Source: Eledone cirrhosa (lineage: Eukaryota). Taken from it: a stretch of DNA of 64,000 bases. The DNA is taken from positions 4,092,001-4,156,000 of the forward strand of contig OZ024756.1 of the NCBI GenBank assembly GCA_964016885.1. The letters are read 5' to 3'. This document shows, piece after piece, positions 57,315-64,000 of the stretch (position 1 is its first letter; every line of letters starts with the position of its first letter). Below the pieces are notes generated by a model that had not been told where the DNA came from, did not search any database, and saw nothing but the letters and a program-made list of their open reading frames with translations. The translations under genes were made by a program, and so were the position numbers.

Positions 57315-57482
57315 GAAGTCTGCCCTTACCGACTCTAATTGGAAATGAACCTTATTTAGTGTTAAACATCCCTATTTTCTCTCTATACCTGCATAATATG
57401 GCAACGCCGAAAGCCCAGTAAATAAATTTTAAAAATTGGTAAGATGAAAGAGTTTTCATGGTGTTTAAAATAAAACTGGAGA

Positions 57483-57785
57483 CAGGGCCCGATGAAGACC
57501 GGGGTGGGGGAGGCACTTCTGGTTTGCAGGGGCCCCTTATACCCCTTCCCACCACAAGAAAAAAATATATACATAGAATACACTGCAAACTCCAATTTTA
57601 CATGGCGCTGAAAATTGGAATAGAAAAGTTATACATAGATATAAAATTAAAAAATTCTAACCATCCTAAATCAAAAAGCCCAGCTGAGGGTACAAATAAA
57701 TTGCTACGGCCGTCGCTGATGGGAACTCCCACTGCAGGGGGCCCGGGGCAATTGCCCATTTTGCCCCACATTAAATCCGTCCCTG
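57483..57785. mobile_element. Possible hAT-type MITE remnant
   Basis: Ends CAGGGCCCGA… and …TCCGTCCCTG with GGGGCCC subterminal motifs; no 8-bp TSD found. Confidence 0.4.
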
Positions 57786-57789
57786 TCTG

Positions 57790-58005
57790 CAGGGGGTTAT
57801 AGAGTGTTCCCTTTTAAACTAGAGCTGAAATTGTTTATAAAATGTCCCCTTTTAAACTAGGGTTACGGGTAGTTATAGAGTGTCCCCTTTTAAACTAGAG
57901 CTGAAACTGTTTATATAATGTCCCCTTTTAAACTAGGGTTACAGGTAGTTATAGAGTGTCCCCTTTTAAACTAGAGCTGCAGGGTGCAATACAGTGTCCC
58001 CTTAT
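57790..58005. repeat. Short tandem repeat (TGTCCCCTTTTAAACTAG-based)
   Basis: Direct inspection. Confidence 0.8.
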
Positions 58006-58344
58006 CTTTTTTTTGCTGCGTCTGCCAGGGCGTAGTCTGCACAACTGCCATCTTCACACGTAAACCCCGTTGAGATGGATCACTCATTCAGTGACCTGTA
58101 GCTAATCAATACTCGTGTTGCATACCCGCTCAAAATGATGCCAACCCCTAGAATTTAAAGTTCTTCCTTGTATAGGACTGTTTAATCTTAAATGGTGATG
58201 TGTCCCTGGATCGTCTAATGTGTCTCACTCACGCACAAAATGTCTGTGTTAAGTGACCAACTCTCCTACCGCGTGTTCTAGCAGTCTATGTTGGAACACT
58301 GTACAGACATTCCATGTGGCCCCTCTTGTGATGTTCTTAGCATT

Positions 58345-58585
58345 GTAGACCAGACTTGCCAAAAGACAAGCAACCTTTTGACCCTGACCCGACCATCTTA
58401 AGCATTGTCGACTTGACTTACCACAAGATAAGCAACGTTTTGACCCTGACCCGACCTTAAGCTTTGTAGACCTGACTTGCCAAAAGACAAGCACCATTTT
58501 GACCCTGACCCGACCATCTTAAGCTTTAAAAACCGGACTTGCCAAATGAGAAGCACCGTTTTGACACTGAACCGACCATCTTAAT
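58345..58585. repeat. ~60-bp tandem repeat, ~4 units
   Basis: GACTTGCCAAAAGACAAGCA…TTTTGACCCTGACCCGACCATCTTAAG. Confidence 0.85.
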
Positions 58586-59145
58586 ATCAATAGATGTCTC
58601 ATCTCATCTCTGTCTTGTTAAAAAATAATGGGATCTTTTCAAAATATCTATAGCAATTTAAGTTATAAGACGTGGCTGTGAATGCCTCACGCTTCATACC
58701 TTTTTCTTGCTCAACAGAGTCCGAAAATTAACCAAGCGTTTCGAAGGGGTTCCGTAAGTTTGGATAGGGCCCATTCCATGTTCTATTGGCCGACGCCACC
58801 TGATTCAGGGACTCAAATCACTTTACTCTGTTTTCATTGAAATATTAGATTATGTCCAGTATTGAAATGTATCTATGTATGGTCCTCTTACACCCAAGGG
58901 AGTCGTATTGACACCATATTGAATACGGCGTTTCAAGGGCATATTTTAAACCTGGCGGAGCCTATCTCCTCTCCAGGTCTAAATACATCAGATTTCTTCC
59001 AGACAAAGACAGATGTAATGAGAGAGAGGAAGTCAGAAAGAGATAGAGAGAAAGAATCGAATCCCAGTACTTGATTGGTAATATTTACCAACCTTGAGGA
59101 TGGAAATTGCGCTTCTGTAAATGGTTTCGCTCTACGGTCAAAGCG

Positions 59146-59457
59146 TCAGTAGGTAACGTTATATAGTTAAAGTCACGTAGGAAACGTTACGTAGGTAAAG
59201 TGACGTAGTTGACTCACGTAGCTAAAGCGACGTAGGTGACGTGACGTTGGTAACGTTACGTAGGTAAAGCGACGTAGGTAACGTCACGTCGGTAAAGTGA
59301 CGTAGGTAACGTCACGTATTTAAAGTGACGTAGGTAACGCCACGTATTTAAAACGACGTAAATAACATTACATAGATAAACGACGTCAGTAACGTCACGT
59401 AGGTAAAGTGACGTAGGTAACGACACGTAGGAAAAGCGATGTAAGTAACGCTACGTT
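59146..59457. repeat. 14-bp ACGT-rich minisatellite
   Basis: Alternating GTAAAGTGACGTAG / GTAACGTCACGTAG. Confidence 0.9.
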
Positions 59458-59599
59458 CAATATTTAAGTCCTGAAAAACGGCACAACCGGTAGTGAAACA
59501 TCCTTCCTTCAAATCACCTAACACTACTTTCAAAGGTAGATTAAATCCACAAATGTTTAGCAATATTTACATGAACCAACAAATGAAGAACATTATTCA

Positions 59600-59870
59600 C
59601 AATTTCACTACTTTTGTCGGCCTAAAAACACTAATATCTACTGTTACCCTAGAGTTGACCACTCTCTTGCATAAAACCTCAAGGAAGTATAGTGAAAAAC
59701 TCTTATTCATATACAATTATTCTAAACATGCTTATAAGAAGATGGCAAAACACACCCACTACATCTGGCAATCAAAGGAAAAGCTTTCAATAAAAACATC
59801 AAATAAATATTATTGAGAGATCAAAGACTTACAAGAAACGGAAATAAAAGATGTGGTCTTTTCACAGCAT
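59600..59870 (+). mobile_element. Remnant of Penelope-like (Neptune-type) GIY-YIG endonuclease
   Basis: TTFVGL…HKTS…KY…HYIWQSKEK then, in shifted frames, RSKTYK / NGNKRCGL. This echoes the recalled YIGL…HKTSF…YIWQLK…PY.NGSKRCNLC pattern. Confidence 0.5.
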
Positions 59871-60017
59871 TTTATTGTTTCATGCCCCCCCCCCCCCTGT
59901 CCCTAGAAACCAATGTTCAGTATTTAAACACCATGTCAGAAATTGTCGGGAAGTGTAGACATTTTGAGAAGTGACTGTTACATAACTGGTCTGCCCCACC
60001 TTTACTAAACTAACTTC

Positions 60018-60048
<31 letters not shown>

Positions 60049-60057
60049 CTACGGAAG

Positions 60058-60109
<52 letters not shown>

Positions 60110-60205
60110 CGCGATCTTGTTTTGAATTTCTTTTCTTTTCATTCTTTTCGTTCCTTGTTATGTATTTACCTTTCACAATTCTTTACTATTTCAGTATAAA
60201 TAAGT

Positions 60206-60236
<31 letters not shown>

Positions 60237-60318
60237 CACAACACACATACACACATACACACACACACACACACACATACACAACACACATACACACACA
60301 CACACACATATCTATATA

Positions 60319-60351
<33 letters not shown>

Positions 60352-60435
60352 TCAATCTGTGAACTATTTTTGATTTATCTTTCACAATAGTACTGGAGAA
60401 GGAGGGATGGATAGATACATAGATATATTGAATAG

Positions 60436-60516
<81 letters not shown>

Positions 60517-61374
60517 CGGGTACATCGATTGGATTGGTGGATAGATAGGGAGATGGATACACACATACATAGAAAGATATATACATACTTAGACAGATCA
60601 CAGATCGATAAATGATAGATATGAAGTACACATACATACAGAGAGTCGTGTGTCTACGTTAGAAACCGACTCTCTCTCTATTGGCAAACATTTGTGAAAT
60701 TATAAAACCAGAAGAACATAGATACAGGATGGCTGCAAACTCTGCTAAGAGTATTGCAATCGCCTGTCAGGTTACAGAAAATGGTGCACTTTTAGGCTAC
60801 GGCCAGCCACACAAACTTATAACAGATCCTGAACAAGCAATGCCTGTGCTTTGAAGGTTTTTTTAAGTGGGGAAAGGCTTTACACTTGACCAATCCCACT
60901 CTCTGAGTATCGAAAACAGTACCCGAAAATGAGAACTGGTCAACATCATTGGATGCTTCCGAAGCCGCAGGTTTTTTTGTTTGTTTTTTTTTTCAGTTTC
61001 CCTCACCTAGAAAGGTGTTGTGACAACAACAGGGGCCTTTCACTCCTAGGTGAAAAAAAAAAGAAAAGTACTATTTGGATGGCCGTTGACTCTGCTGAGT
61101 TCCTCCGCGCTTTGCCGGGTCTTGTATTTCATCCCGCAGGGTGTCCAAATATCACCCTCCTCACCAAGCAAGCTTGGTGGGGTTGCCGGTTTAGTCGCCG
61201 ACGACTCGACCATGAGACAGGTTGTACTGGGTTACATGTTACCAGTAGCACTTGAGAGCGTCCTGACATACATACATACATACATACATACATACATACA
61301 TACATACATACATACATACATACATACATACATACATACATACATAGAGAGGTATGGTTAGAATTGAACAACAA

Positions 61375-61690
61375 ATGCACTATAGGCGAAGATTAAAGTT
61401 GTGTCTTAGAGATGTAACGAATGTTACATAGGAAAGACACAACAAAAATCTTCTATCTTCTAATGTGATGATATCAAACTAGATTAAATATAGTAAATGG
61501 CCGATGGGAAATTCTTGTCAAAGAAATCGAAGAATATAAAGTCAGATATTGAGATATAAAGAAATGATATCGTTAAAAGGAATAAAGCTTAAGGCTAAAC
61601 CATGGAAATTATAGCTGAATGGAAGGAAAAGAAACGAGAAGGAAATATAGAAACAAAAAAAGCCCCAGATAAACGAAAATATTCGAGTAT
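61375..61690 (+). mobile_element. Remnant of Penelope-like GIY-YIG endonuclease C-terminus
   Basis: CLR / CNECYIGKTQQK, WEIL, LRYKE and KPQINEN occur in the expected order across frameshifts. Confidence 0.55.
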
Positions 61691-61788
61691 AATGAAAAGT
61701 CAGCCCTGAAACGTAACCGACTCGCAGACTTAAAAATTTCTTGAAAATTGGATATTCGTAACTCTATGCCCCCCCACCCTCTCTCTCG

Positions 61789-61855
<67 letters not shown>

Positions 61856-61866
61856 TTATATATATG

Positions 61867-61930
<64 letters not shown>

Positions 61931-62069
61931 ATGGTCCATTCTGCAGTGTTTATTTTATAGTAATACTCTGACGCCCTCTAACGGCATCATACGGAAACTC
62001 ATCAAATTCATTTACATCACTTAGGAGAAGAGGATCGAAACGAGAGCCGTTCAGACATTATATGTATGC

Positions 62070-62119
<50 letters not shown>

Positions 62120-62133
62120 ACACACACACACAG

Positions 62134-62184
<51 letters not shown>

Positions 62185-62273
62185 CACACACACACACACA
62201 GACACACACACACACATGTACAGACACACACACACACGCATATATATATATGTATATGCACACACACACACAG

Positions 62274-62402
<129 letters not shown>

Positions 62403-63064
62403 ATCTCTCCTCTCATAAACATAGCGGTCGAGCTTTTTTGCCTTTCACTCAGCAATTGTTTCTGAACGTGTTTTTAACAATAGACAGTGCTGCGAAATAA
62501 AATTGTGCAGTTAAGGAGTGCTAAAAGTCGTATTTCCAAGTTAATCTCACAACCATTTCAGTCGGATGGATCATTGGGAAAAGAAAAACGGAAAACGGAA
62601 AACGAAAAACGGAAAACGAAAACCAAAAATGTAAACATGAAAGAAAAAAAAAAAAAACGTACCAAGATATTTAAATACATTAAAAAAATTAGGGTTGATA
62701 TGAAGAATAATGGATTAGTTATCGTTATTTGGCGTGGATATAGAGCAGTTTATTATTTTTTCCTAATATAGGTAAACAAGGAATCGTTAGAGAAATGATT
62801 TGGAGCAGAGAGCTATGTTAACAGAATCTTAAATATACATAGTGTTGAATGGCGGGAAATGATAAAGGTTATATGAGTATTTTAAACGATGTAAGTCTTA
62901 CTGGATATTAGAATTTAGAAGTACTACTGTCTGTTTCAAGAATATTCTTCCAAAAGTTAAACGGTAAATATGAGTATAATTTATATTGATGATATTTGTT
63001 TGGATGAACTGTAAGAAGTATTAATGTAAAAAAAAAAAACAAAAAAAAAAAGAAACGGTGACCT

Positions 63065-63210
63065 GTGTGAAATCGCCGTCCCTCGGGGCCATATATTCTC
63101 CATCTTGTGGCTGGGACCAAGAGGTGGAGGGTAAGTTAGTTGGGGATGGTGTATACTCGTTTGGACGTTACATACGCTCATGTGTTTAAATGTCGTGAAT
63201 ATAAATAATT
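63065..63210 (+). mobile_element. CRE-like LINE extreme 3' end
   Basis: IAVPRGHIFSIL and the downstream UTR align by eye with the reverse complement of 8330-8445. Confidence 0.6.
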
Positions 63211-63589
63211 TGGGTATGTCTTGATACACTGCAGGACGTTCGTACATACGCACATACTCGCACACACAAATGCACACACACACATAAACAAATACACACA
63301 CAAATGCGCACACACACACATAAACAAATACACACACAAATGCGCACACACATATAAACAAATACGCACACACACACACACATACAAACAAATACACACA
63401 CAAATGCGCACGCATACACACACAAACATACACACAAATACACACACATATAAACAAATACGCGCACACGCACAAACAAATACACACACAAACATAAGCA
63501 AATACACACACAAATGTGCTACACACACATATACACACACAAATAGACACATATAAACAAATACACACACACATACATATACGAACAAA

Positions 63590-63658
<69 letters not shown>

Positions 63659-64000
63659 ACCCATACACATACACAAAAGATGCAATTGAATATCTTATCC
63701 TCCAGGGAAGTAGAGGGGTTCACCTAGCTACCTAGGTAAATAAAGGAGTTCACACACTTCAGACCCTAAGGAGCATCAGCACCAACCGACCACCCAATAA
63801 AAACAACATTGTTTTACAAAATTGCTTGGTACCAGTTATTACTGACGAAAGGTCAGGAAATTTCTAGAAATTCTAACTTAATTTCACAGAAAATCGAATT
63901 TTGTTGTTGCATTGTGTAAATATTTGATATAAGGGAGGTAATATAGAAACTATGGACATGGTTTAGATATGTTATACCTTATTATGTTGCAAATCAGGTA

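Noticed and set aside
61962-62060. CTGACGC…GAAACG…CGTT hammerhead-like segment
   Set aside because: A9 is missing and there is no stem I pairing; at best a degenerate relic.
63070-63136. Exon ending in a strong GTAAGT donor
   Set aside because: No acceptor upstream, and the segment is homologous to the CRE-like tail at 8330-8445.

Overview
AT-rich, microsatellite-saturated animal genomic DNA. The dominant SINE (…GAGTTCAAATCCCGCCGAGGTTAACTTTGCCTTTCATCCTTACGGGGTCGATAAAATAAAGTACCAG…) resembles the octopus SINEs I recall, so an octopod cephalopod is inferred. No intact protein-coding gene is visible, and nearly all listed ORFs are translations of simple repeats. Recognisable content: decayed non-LTR retrotransposons (two R4/Dong-like, RTE-like, CRE-like and CR1-group 3' ends), two Penelope-type GIY-YIG endonuclease remnants, two SINE families, a Tc1/pogo-type MITE, a non-autonomous Helitron and several minisatellites. 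Six widely spaced exon-like islands on the + strand read, in order, like a decayed LamG/ConA-like domain. The main observation is a set of about 8-10 unrelated families of short non-coding elements. Most sit inside (TA)n tracts, and many are head-to-head inverted duplications. They carry type-I hammerhead ribozyme folds, about 20 motifs found by eye. These include a U3-A8 compensatory core variant, pyrimidine-pyrimidine stem-II closures, ~100-nt structured stem-II insertions and a 425-nt terminally redundant retrozyme-like unit. All folds were paired by eye; nothing was computed or searched.
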